From positions 1-36,593 of the IMG/VR virus record IMGVR_UViG_3300003965_000009: a stretch of 36,593 nucleotides of DNA; one strand, given 5' to 3'. The position numbers were made by a program, and so were the translations under genes. Shown here piece by piece: positions 26,879 to 35,110 of this stretch. The number at the start of each line of letters is the position of its first letter. Position 1 is the stretch's first letter. The DNA comes from a virus. Lineage: Duplodnaviria > Caudoviricetes. Below the pieces are notes generated by a model. That model saw only the letters and a list, made by a program, of their open reading frames with translations. It was not told the origin of the DNA and made no database searches.

Positions 26879-29176
26879 ATGTCGAATCGATTCGCCACGA
26901 GGCAGCCGCCTGTACTGGCGCTGAACGCCATCCGGCTCATCTGCCCTGAGCAGCCCATCCCGGCGGCTTTGGTTCCATTCGATCGCGTACAACTCCATTC
27001 ATTCCTAGATCGCGCGACTCAGGATGTTTTTGCCACTCGATTCGCCGGAACGAATATGGCTGTTGTGCCAATTCTTCACGGCGCTGAGCTACCAGCCCCG
27101 CGCGAGAATTTGCTCGCCGCCGATAACATGCGCCTATTCTCGACACTTGCCCGAGAGGCCGTATTCCGACGTCTCCTGACCCTTCCCGGAAGTTACCGTG
27201 TCGTCAGTCGGCGTCCTCCAATTGTGGAGACAGCAAAGCAAGAGAACATTATCCCTACCTCTGTGGGGCTGCCGGATTGGCTCAAGAAGCGGGTAGTGCT
27301 CCGGTTCGAGACCCGGATCATCAGGCATCCCGGCGAAGCCCCCTATTTAGTATTAATTTGTGGAAATCGCCTTCGCACCGTCATCGATGTAGATTGCGGC
27401 CACTTGAATACTATCGGCGTTCCCCTGATCGGGAGTTATGTCTCAACCTGGATGAAAGACCCAGATCCAAAGGTGGCTGAACGGCTTCGACTAGCTGGGC
27501 GCGTCGTCGCCCACGATGGCGTCATGCTGACGCTCAGCGACCATGGCGACGGGCCTGCGGAGCTGCAGCTTCAATCAGCCTACCTCGAGCCAACGCGCGC
27601 GAATTTTAATGCCGTCGTTCAAGCCCTGGTACAGGGTCAGGCAGAGCGAGTACTCAGAGATCTCCAGGAGGTTGAAGGCGGACTTCGGGATGGCAAGGCC
27701 CACCTGAAGGCGCTGCAAAGCGCGCTGGAGTACTTCGGGCGCACTGATCTCGAAATTGCCGACGGGGTAACGGTACGATTCGGGAGTCTGCTTGACCAAG
27801 CGGCTGGATTGACGTTCCCGCCTGCCGAGGTTTTCCCAAAGCCTTCATTCTCGTTCGACCCGAGTGGGTCGCGCGACGATACCTGGACCCAGAGGCAGCT
27901 CGACTCGACGGGTCCATATGACCGAGCAACCTTTGAACGTAAGCGGCCGAGGATCGCGGTCATCTGCGAGGCACGGCGACGCGGCGACGTGGCAGAAACT
28001 GTCGCCCATTTCCTGGAAGGGCTCCCTACCATCAAGTCGCATAAGGGTCTCGTTCCACATGGGACGGGCTTGGTGGGCCGCTTCAGACTTCAGAAGCCGC
28101 AAGTCGAATTCTTCGAAGCCAGGGACGACAGCGGCGCCGCTTACGCTGACGCTGCGCGAAATGCGCTGTCGATGGCAGCGACCCGCGATCAGCCCTGGGA
28201 TTTGGCCTTCGTGCAGGTCCAAAGATCGTGGAAGGAGCGGCCATATAGCGACAGCCCTTATTGGTCAGCCAAGGCTGCCTTTTTGCGTCGAGACGTGCCC
28301 GTACAAGCCTTGTCGGCTGAAGTGATGTCTATGGGTGATTTTGAGTATGCATGTGCCCTGGCGAACGCCAGCCTCGCAGCCTACGCCAAGCTGGGTGGCA
28401 CGCCTTGGCTGCTAAAGGCTCGACCGTCGACGGACCACGAACTTGTCTTCGGCCTTGGGTCCCACACTCGCAAGGAGGGACGCCGTGGCGGAGGCGAGCG
28501 GGTCGTCGGAATCACGACCGTGTTCTCCAGTCAAGGGAACTACCTGCTGGATGCTCGTACGGCTGCGGTGCCATTCGAGCAGTACCCAACGACACTACGC
28601 GAAACTCTTGTGGCTGCAGTCGAGCGCGTTCGAAAGGAAGAGGCTTGGCGCGCAAGCGATACAGTGCGCCTGATTTTCCACGCATTCACGCAACTTCAAC
28701 AAGAAACAGCGGATGCCGTTGTAGCAGCGGTAGCGGGAATGGGGCTAACCGGAGTGAAATTTGCCTTTTTGCACGTAGCTGAAGACCATCCCTACACGCT
28801 GTTCGACCAGGCTTCGACGAGCGGTAAAGGGGCGTTCGCCCCCGACCGCGGTCAGGCAGTAGAGCTCACTGATCATGAGTGGCTTCTCACGCTCACGGGG
28901 CGCGATCAGGTCCGGGCTGCGTATCAAGGCATCCCCGATCCCGTTCTGCTCCGCCTGCACGAGAAATCGACGTTCCGCGACATGCGCACTCTAACCCGAC
29001 AGGTATCGGATTTCGCCTGTCACTCTTGGCGCACTTACGATCGCGCCCGTCTCCCTATAACGCTCCTTTATGCCGATGAGATTGCCAAGCAGCTCGCGGG
29101 GTTAGAGAGAACGCCGGGATGGGATCCCGACACAGCAGTGGTTGGCGCGGTAATGCGCAAGCCTTGGTTCTTGTGA
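26879..29176 (+). CDS. ago: Long-B prokaryotic Argonaute, RsAgo-like, catalytically inactive PIWI
   Basis: MID pocket Y-x3-K...Q...K (SPYWSAK...VPVQ...YAKLGGTPW); PIWI ELVFGLG, VGITTVF, TVRLIFHA, APDRG, HSWRT, PITLLYA, C-terminal WFL. The first and third tetrad Asp positions are replaced (GLG, FHA). Start ATG 26879 (765 aa) or GTG 26843 (777 aa). Confidence 0.93.
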   Translation: MSNRFATRQPPVLALNAIRLICPEQPIPAALVPFDRVQLHSFLDRATQDVFATRFAGTNMAVVPILHGAELPAPRENLLAADNMRLFSTLAREAVFRRLLTLPGSYRVVSRRPPIVETAKQENIIPTSVGLPDWLKKRVVLRFETRIIRHPGEAPYLVLICGNRLRTVIDVDCGHLNTIGVPLIGSYVSTWMKDPDPKVAERLRLAGRVVAHDGVMLTLSDHGDGPAELQLQSAYLEPTRANFNAVVQALVQGQAERVLRDLQEVEGGLRDGKAHLKALQSALEYFGRTDLEIADGVTVRFGSLLDQAAGLTFPPAEVFPKPSFSFDPSGSRDDTWTQRQLDSTGPYDRATFERKRPRIAVICEARRRGDVAETVAHFLEGLPTIKSHKGLVPHGTGLVGRFRLQKPQVEFFEARDDSGAAYADAARNALSMAATRDQPWDLAFVQVQRSWKERPYSDSPYWSAKAAFLRRDVPVQALSAEVMSMGDFEYACALANASLAAYAKLGGTPWLLKARPSTDHELVFGLGSHTRKEGRRGGGERVVGITTVFSSQGNYLLDARTAAVPFEQYPTTLRETLVAAVERVRKEEAWRASDTVRLIFHAFTQLQQETADAVVAAVAGMGLTGVKFAFLHVAEDHPYTLFDQASTSGKGAFAPDRGQAVELTDHEWLLTLTGRDQVRAAYQGIPDPVLLRLHEKSTFRDMRTLTRQVSDFACHSWRTYDRARLPITLLYADEIAKQLAGLERTPGWDPDTAVVGAVMRKPWFL

Positions 29177-30360
29177 CAGCCGGGCCTTTTATTCCGCAAA
29201 TCAGAGCGGGCTTAGAAGCGGCGGCGCAACCGACACACTCGACGGCTGCCCACGTACAGGCCTTTCGGGCGTGGTTACTGGGCGACCACGAACAGCTAAC
29301 CCGCCTGTCCGATGCCGCGGCTGTAAACCTCGAAGCGGGTGGCGTGCGGTCTGCTGGAGACGTAGCGACGCTTGGCTATGCGGACGCAGCTCTGCCACTG
29401 GTTACTCCGCTTCTTGATTCGTTGATCCGCGGGCTGACATGGTTGAGTGAGCGAGCGTGGTTCCGCCCGCATCAGCCGCATACGCTGGAAGCGGACGGGG
29501 TTGCTGCACTTGGCGTAGGGCTGGGCTCACAGCGACGAACCGTCAGCCCATCAGCGAGATGGCTGCAAGAGCTGGTGGTTCGGAGCGCGAGATCACCCGA
29601 CCTCTCCACTCTCGACCGCTCCCTCTTCATTGCTGCGGCACAAATATTGGACGCTCCCGGGCGTCAGGACGCCGCCGCTATGCTTCCGGAGGCTCGTTTG
29701 GCTCTCGCACGGCTAGACTTGGGGTCCATAGACGACGCCTGCCGCAGCGAGGCCTGGCAGCGCGCCTTGCGATTCTCAGGTGGTGAAGACGTGGTGCCGA
29801 GTGCAGCACTATTGCTCAAAACACTTGATATTTTAACTGATTACAATCTGCCTGCGCGCCTTGGCCATCTCAATCCACGCGACGTACTTCGAGTGTTGCA
29901 GGAAGTGCGGCGGTCTTTCAAGCGTTGGACATGGGAGGATGCTCCAAGAACGTCTAAGTCGGCTATGGCGCGTTGGGAGATCGAGAATGAATACCACGTC
30001 CAAAATTTGCTTTGGGGGATTTTGGCTCCCTTGTTCCCTGACTTGAATGACGAAGAAACTCTGCCGCCAGTTGGACAAAAGAATCCACGGGTTGATCTTT
30101 CCATCCCGAGCCTTGGCACCGTCATTGAGGTGAAGTTCATGCGACCCAACGCGACCTTCCAGGACGTCATCGAGCAGATCGCTGCGGATGCAAGCCTCTA
30201 TGCAACGGACCCGAAATGGACATCCCTCATCCCGTTTGTGTGGGACGATGCTAGACGCACTGAGCAACACCAGAAGCTTATCGCTGGCCTCGAACAGCTA
30301 CCGAGCGTCATCGGCGCCGTCGTGGTGTCGCGCCCCGGCAAAATGGATCGGTCAGCTTAG
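29173..30360 (+). CDS. Argonaute-associated PD-(D/E)XK nuclease (REase DpnII/MboI-like C-terminal domain)
   Basis: GTGA overlap with the ago stop; IENEYHVQNLL...DEE...RVDL...IEVKF...EQIAADASLY...FVWD; ~250-aa helical N-terminus; 395 aa. Confidence 0.85.
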   Translation: MTAGPFIPQIRAGLEAAAQPTHSTAAHVQAFRAWLLGDHEQLTRLSDAAAVNLEAGGVRSAGDVATLGYADAALPLVTPLLDSLIRGLTWLSERAWFRPHQPHTLEADGVAALGVGLGSQRRTVSPSARWLQELVVRSARSPDLSTLDRSLFIAAAQILDAPGRQDAAAMLPEARLALARLDLGSIDDACRSEAWQRALRFSGGEDVVPSAALLLKTLDILTDYNLPARLGHLNPRDVLRVLQEVRRSFKRWTWEDAPRTSKSAMARWEIENEYHVQNLLWGILAPLFPDLNDEETLPPVGQKNPRVDLSIPSLGTVIEVKFMRPNATFQDVIEQIAADASLYATDPKWTSLIPFVWDDARRTEQHQKLIAGLEQLPSVIGAVVVSRPGKMDRSA

Positions 30361-30673
30361 CCAAGAGGGGTCCGGCATCAGCGGACCGCGTTGCCTGCAA
30401 GCCAGCCTGATCGCGTCTCGGGTACCCTTTGCTTGGCGGTCAGCTTGTGGAAATCCCACAAGCCTCAACCCGGAAAAACGAGCCAATTTCAATGATATAA
30501 AGCTTGAGGGTTAAATCGCCATACCCCCAAGCTCCGGAGACTTCGGCGCCTCTGGAGAGAGATTTCCGGGCTGGCTGCGTTCTCCAACCCTCAAGCCAAC
30601 GCGGCAAAACCCCAGGAAACCTGCGGTTCACGGCGTCGTCGACGCGTGGAAAATTTGAGGTTGGAAAACCGAC

Positions 30674-30720
30674 TGGAGCGGGCGAAGGGATTCGAACCCT
30701 CGACCCCGACCTTGGCAAGG
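30674..30720 (-). other. att site: 3' fragment of tRNA-Gly(GCC)
   Basis: Reverse complement CCTTGCCAAGGTCGGGGTCGAGGGTTCGAATCCCTTCGCCCGCTCCA: anticodon arm, T arm, acceptor 3' strand and CCA; the D arm and 5' strand are absent. Confidence 0.9.
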
Positions 30721-30850
30721 CCTTTGGGGTGTTTTCGCCAACGCTTCTCTTTCTGCGCCATCAGACGCTAACGCCCTGCTACGGAAGTCTTTTCTGGCCC
30801 GTAGGCAAGCGTAGCCGTATCCCGGAACCGACCCGGCGTGCGCTCCCAGT

Positions 30851-30898
30851 TGCTTCCCCAGTGCTTCCCCGACCTCGGATGGCCGGGCCGGGGAAGCA
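30851..30898. repeat. Candidate integrase arm-type sites
   Basis: TGCTTCCCC at 30851 and 30862, inverted GGGGAAGCA at 30890, between att and the integrase. Confidence 0.65.
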
Positions 30899-30940
30899 GC
30901 GGCGCGAGCGCAGCCCTGTTGACGGGAGGCACTGAGCGCC

Positions 30941-32227
30941 ATGGCCAAGATCACAAAGCGCGTTGTAGACGGCCTCGACCCTAAGCCGAACGGCGATGTG
31001 TTCTCCTGGGACGGAGAACTGCGAGGCTTTGGCGTTCGGGTAAAGCCGTCCGGTGTGAAGACCTATCTCGTGCAGTATCGAAACGCGGAGGGTAGGACGC
31101 GTCGGCTGGTTCTCGGCCAGCATGGCGCATTGACGCCAGAGCAGGCGCGCAGTCTCGCTCTTCAGAAGCTGGCAGCAGTAGCACGGGGCGAAGACCCATC
31201 AGCGGCGAGGCACGCGGCGCGCGAGGGGATGACGGTCGCCGAAGTCTGCGATTGGTACCTGAAAGAGGCTCGTGCGGGTCGCCTACTCGGCCGAAGGCGG
31301 AGACCGATCAAGGCCTCCACGCTCGACTCTGATCAGAGCCGGATCGAGGCGCACATCAAGCCACTCATCGGCGCACGGGCTGTCCGCGGCCTTTCACTTC
31401 GAGACGTGGAGGGCATGCAGGCCGCGATCATCCAGGGAAAATCAGCGAAGGGGCGAAAGGGCCGTGGCGGAAGGACGAGCGGGGGGCCGGGCGTCGCAGG
31501 GAGAACGGTCGGCACGCTGAGAAGCATATTCGGCCACGCGCTGCGGTTCGAGATGATCGAGAAGAATCCCGCAGCGGGGGCACGACAGGTTGTGGGCGAG
31601 TACCGGAAGCGCCGTTTGAGCGAGGAGGAACTGCGGCTGCTCGGCCGGACGCTTCGCGTTTGCGCGGAGGACGGCGAGCACCCCACAGGGCTAGTCGCCA
31701 TTCGCTTGCTACTGCTCACCGGCTTCCGCCGGATGGAGGTGCTCGGACTTCAGCGCGCTTGGATCAATGATCGCCCGGGCTACGTGGCGTTCCCGGACAC
31801 GAAAGGCGGCGCGCAAGTGCGCGCGATCGGCAAGGCGGCGGTTGCGTGCATTACGGCCCAATCGACGGTAAGTCAGCATTCTCGCTATCTTTTTCCGGGC
31901 GACTGGGGGGAGGGGCACTTTGTCGGCCTTGTTCGCGTGCTCGACCGCGTCTGCGCGCGCGCGGGACTGACCGATGTCACTCCGCACACTCTGCGCCATA
32001 CCTTCGCGAGCGTGGCGGGTGATCTGAACTTCTCGGAATTGACGATCAAAGGCCTGCTCGGTCACGCGTCGCGCGGCGTCACGCAGGGCTATGTCCACCT
32101 GGACGCCGCCCTTGTCGTCGCGGCCGACGCCGTGTCCGTCAGAATCGCAAGGCTATTGGGGAGCACGGGCTCGCAGTCGCCGCAGCGGGTCACCAAAGCT
32201 CACGCCGCGGTCGCAACAGCCGAATGA
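30941..32227 (+). CDS. int: Tyrosine integrase with N-terminal arm-binding (DUF4102-type) domain
   Basis: WDGELRGFGVRVKPSGVKTY; catalytic TGFR, DTKG, HTLRH, LLGH, TQGY; GGGAGG RBS. Confidence 0.95.
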   Translation: MAKITKRVVDGLDPKPNGDVFSWDGELRGFGVRVKPSGVKTYLVQYRNAEGRTRRLVLGQHGALTPEQARSLALQKLAAVARGEDPSAARHAAREGMTVAEVCDWYLKEARAGRLLGRRRRPIKASTLDSDQSRIEAHIKPLIGARAVRGLSLRDVEGMQAAIIQGKSAKGRKGRGGRTSGGPGVAGRTVGTLRSIFGHALRFEMIEKNPAAGARQVVGEYRKRRLSEEELRLLGRTLRVCAEDGEHPTGLVAIRLLLLTGFRRMEVLGLQRAWINDRPGYVAFPDTKGGAQVRAIGKAAVACITAQSTVSQHSRYLFPGDWGEGHFVGLVRVLDRVCARAGLTDVTPHTLRHTFASVAGDLNFSELTIKGLLGHASRGVTQGYVHLDAALVVAADAVSVRIARLLGSTGSQSPQRVTKAHAAVATAE

Positions 32228-32493
32228 CGTTGTTTCCAATACGATCTGGCGCGTGAAGTCGTGACCCTGACGAGACGAGTTGCACGTTAGCCGCAGCTGT
32301 GGATCTGCTCGACGCGGGTGGGCGGTCAGCTCTCCTCGGCTGGAAACGCCGGAATGTGATTGCAAGTCGTTCATCTGCTCGGGCAGGTTCCTGGCGTCAG
32401 GTTAGGCAGAGGCCGGTCCTGCGCGCCGGCGGCGCGCTCCAAGGCCCGTGTGCGACCGGGATCGGGGTCGGCCGGCGTTGGAGGCTGGCCTAG

Positions 32494-33432
32494 GTGCCGC
32501 GACGGCCGCAGCGGCGGAAACGAGGAACGACGCTTCAGGGGGCAATCGACCTGCGCGGGATGACGTTGGCTGTCGTCGTGGCCCGGACCGGCAGCATCCG
32601 TCTTGCTGCGCGCGAAGCAGGCATAACGGCATCCGCAGTAAGCCGCAGTATTCGGGCGCTTGAGGACGGGCTCGGCGCCTCACTGTTTGAACGGCGGCCG
32701 TCGGGGATGAAGCTGACGGCAGCCGGCGTGGAGTTCCTCGTGGAAGCGATGCGCGTGCTTGGCGGCATTCGGACTGCGGTGGAGCGGGCGCGCAACGCAG
32801 GGTCCGCGGTGGCTGGTCAGCTGGTTATCGGCACCTACTTCTCCGCATCGGCAGGTCGTTTCCGCGAAACGCTGATGCGCTTCGTCAGACAGAACCCAAG
32901 GCTGCAGGTTTGGGTGCGCGAGGGGTGTCGGGATGAGCTTCTGACGGCGGTACGCCAAGGCGAGGTCGATCTGGCGCTGCTGCTCGGGCCGATGCACGAG
33001 CCGGGCTTGGATAGGCTCGCGCTCTGGCGGGAGGCTGTGATGGTCGCGCTGTCGGAGGGCCATCCGCTGGTCAGTCGAGACCTCGTGCTCTGGGCCGAAC
33101 TGGTGCAGGAGACGTTCATCATCACGCGCCGTGGGTCGGGGCCCGAAGCGCGCGAGAAGGTCGAGGCGCTTCTGCCGCCAGGTCACAAGGCGCGGTTCCT
33201 GCCGCACGACGTGGGCCGAGAGACCATGTTCAACTTGGTCGGCGCCGGACTCGGCATCGCGGTCCTGGCCGAGTCTGCCTCCGGCGCATCCTACCCGGCA
33301 GTAGTGTTCCGGCCCGTCGGCAATGAAAATGGCGCGACGATGGTGGAGGCGGCGGCGTACTGGGACCCGAAACGCGACAATCCGCCGCTGCGTCGGGTCC
33401 TGGCGTTGCTTCGCACGAATCAAGCTTCTTGA
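32494..33432 (+). CDS. LysR family transcriptional regulator
   Basis: GSIRLAARE...SAVSRSIRALEDGLGASLFER...LTAAG HTH plus substrate-binding domain; exact start uncertain. Confidence 0.92.
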   Translation: MPRRPQRRKRGTTLQGAIDLRGMTLAVVVARTGSIRLAAREAGITASAVSRSIRALEDGLGASLFERRPSGMKLTAAGVEFLVEAMRVLGGIRTAVERARNAGSAVAGQLVIGTYFSASAGRFRETLMRFVRQNPRLQVWVREGCRDELLTAVRQGEVDLALLLGPMHEPGLDRLALWREAVMVALSEGHPLVSRDLVLWAELVQETFIITRRGSGPEAREKVEALLPPGHKARFLPHDVGRETMFNLVGAGLGIAVLAESASGASYPAVVFRPVGNENGATMVEAAAYWDPKRDNPPLRRVLALLRTNQAS

Positions 33433-33692
33433 TCACGTGGAGGCACTGAAGGCTGAGGTAGCTGCGCGCGCGCTCGAGCCGCAGGGCGGCGTGCTGAGCG
33501 GAAACCCCGGTCGCTCGCCAGGAACCGCGCCAGCATCGGGGCCACCAGCTTCGTGGGCTCGACCTGTTGCCCCGTCTCGCGTGAGAGCGCCTCGGCGTAG
33601 GCGACCAGGTCGCGGTGCAGCTCCGCCGGCAACTCCACGCTGAGCTTCACCGGACGGTCGTCGAGGATCGGGCCGAGCTTCAGCTTCGGCAT
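33420..33692 (-). CDS. DUF2274 domain protein
   Basis: MPKLKLGPILDDRPVKLSVELPAELHRDLVAYA...MLARFLASDRGF; typical position after trbI. Confidence 0.9.
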   Translation of the reverse strand: MPKLKLGPILDDRPVKLSVELPAELHRDLVAYAEALSRETGQQVEPTKLVAPMLARFLASDRGFRSARRPAARARAQLPQPSVPPRDQEA

Positions 33693-33695
33693 GGA

Positions 33696-34856
33696 TCAGC
33701 CTCCATACGGCTCAAGCACGAGGTCGCGGTGGACGATGACGCGCACCAGAAAGCCGGGGCGCACGGTCAGCGTTGGCGGGACGGAAAGCTGCCGGCGGAC
33801 GATCTCCTCGCCGGCTCGGCCGACCGTGTCCTGGCCGCTGTCGCGGATGGCACGGGCGATGTCGCTCTCGTCGTCGCGGCCAAGTTCCAGGCCCAGGTTC
33901 AGAATCGTCGCGAGACCCGCGGCCAGGAAGAGCCGCCCCCAGTGGTAGTCGACGCCATCCTCGAGCCCGGCATAGCCGGCCTCGTCGGCGCCTGGCATGC
34001 GCTCCAGCACGATGGATCGGCCGTTGGGCAGGATGAGCCGGTTCCAGACGAGCAGGATGCGCCGCTGTCCGAAGCTGACGCGGCTGTCGTAGGCGCCGAT
34101 CAGGCGCGCGCCCTGCGGGATGAGCAGGTGCCGCCCCGTCGGGCTGTCGAAGACGTTCGCTGTGACCTGTGCGGTGATCTGCCCCGGCAGGTCGGAGCGG
34201 AGGCCGGTCAGCAACGCCGCGGGGATGACACTGCCGGCCTGGATGACGAAGGGGCTGACGGGCGCCTGGAGCCGGTCTGGCGAGGTCGTGCGGCGGTCGG
34301 CGGGGCCACCCAGGAAGGCGAGCCGCCGGTCGGTGGCGTCGGGACGCGCAGGCATGGCGCCGACGTCTGCTGCTGGTTGGGCGGCGGGCGTGACGCCGCG
34401 GGGTTCCCCCCGCGCCTCGACCTGCACGAAGAGCCGGCTGGTACGCGCCGCCTCTATCTCCTGCAACCGCCGCTGCTCGGCTGGGTCGGCAGTCGTGGGC
34501 GCTGCCGGCGGCACGACGGGTTGGCCACGCTCCTGCGCGCGCACGATTGGACGCCCGAGATCGCCGGGCAGCGGCGGCCCCAGCTGCGGAATGCCGGCAT
34601 AGTCGCGCGGCAGGGTCGCGAGGCCGTCGGCCTGCGGGTTCCGGTCCGTGCTGTAGAGCTCGCGCGGCCCCTCGCCGCCGCTCCGACCCTGGAGCGCCAC
34701 GATCAGCGCCGCGCCGATGCCGAGCCCGGCCGCGACGCCAAGCCCGATCAGCACCCGCCGCGAGAGCCGCACCACGCGCGGCGGGTCGGGGCGCAGGCGG
34801 AGCGCCGCGGCGATGTCGCGCTCGCTCGCGCCCCGTTCCGGCGCCGTCCCGCTCAC
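33696..34856 (-). CDS. trbI: Conjugal transfer protein TrbI/VirB10
   Basis: LRLRPDPPRVVRLSR, TM segment, PQLGPPLPGDLG, QAGSVIPAALLTGLRSDLPG, DYHWG, PTLTVRPG; current start GTG 34856 is created at the IS junction; 386 aa. Confidence 0.93.
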   Translation of the reverse strand: MSGTAPERGASERDIAAALRLRPDPPRVVRLSRRVLIGLGVAAGLGIGAALIVALQGRSGGEGPRELYSTDRNPQADGLATLPRDYAGIPQLGPPLPGDLGRPIVRAQERGQPVVPPAAPTTADPAEQRRLQEIEAARTSRLFVQVEARGEPRGVTPAAQPAADVGAMPARPDATDRRLAFLGGPADRRTTSPDRLQAPVSPFVIQAGSVIPAALLTGLRSDLPGQITAQVTANVFDSPTGRHLLIPQGARLIGAYDSRVSFGQRRILLVWNRLILPNGRSIVLERMPGADEAGYAGLEDGVDYHWGRLFLAAGLATILNLGLELGRDDESDIARAIRDSGQDTVGRAGEEIVRRQLSVPPTLTVRPGFLVRVIVHRDLVLEPYGG

Positions 34857-34879
34857 TGGTGCACCTTCGGGCTGTCGGG

Positions 34880-35075
34880 CGCGGAGCCGCGGAGCGGCGT
34901 AGTGTCCGGCAGCCCGAGCACCTGGCGTGACGGCCTGTTCCGCGCGCCGCTTGACGGCCACGATGAGACCAGCCGCACGTCAGGCGCCGGGAGATCTCGA
35001 CGGACCACAGGGTGATGCGCCAGAGCCGGCCAGCCAGAGCGCCAATCAGTGAGCGATCCGCGCGACCTCCCAGCC
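34880..35075 (+). ncRNA. Putative IS110 bridge RNA (boundaries approximate)
   Basis: CGATGAG (34961-34967) = revcomp of target CTCATCG; CACAGGGTG (35006-35014) = right-end 36332-36340; CAGTGAG (35047-35053) = revcomp of donor CTCACTG; flanking stems GGGAG/CTCCC, CGGA/TCCG, CTGG/CCAG. Confidence 0.75.
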
Positions 35076-35110
35076 CGGGTGAGCCTACCCCAAACCGAGG
35101 AGGTCAGCCC

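Larger units (their letters stand above)
1..30673. mobile_element. Prophage-like element (cos/lambda-type packaging, large serine recombinase) with defence cargo; left part lies outside the window
   Basis: Contiguous packaging, replication, recombination, regulation and integration modules. The right boundary is inferred from the tRNA-Gly fragment and is not proven. Confidence 0.75.

Noticed and set aside
26843-29176. Active slicer Argonaute or short pAgo/APAZ system
   Set aside because: Catalytic Asp positions are substituted; the protein is full length with N-terminal lobes; no upstream APAZ/SIR2/TIR gene.
30674-30720. Intact tRNA-Gly gene
   Set aside because: Similarity stops at the anticodon stem; the sequence beyond 30720 gives no D arm or 5' acceptor strand.
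33696-34961. trbI starting at 34961 or being a pseudogene
   Set aside because: The extra 35 codons are IS110 left-end sequence; the native frame is complete from the junction GTG.
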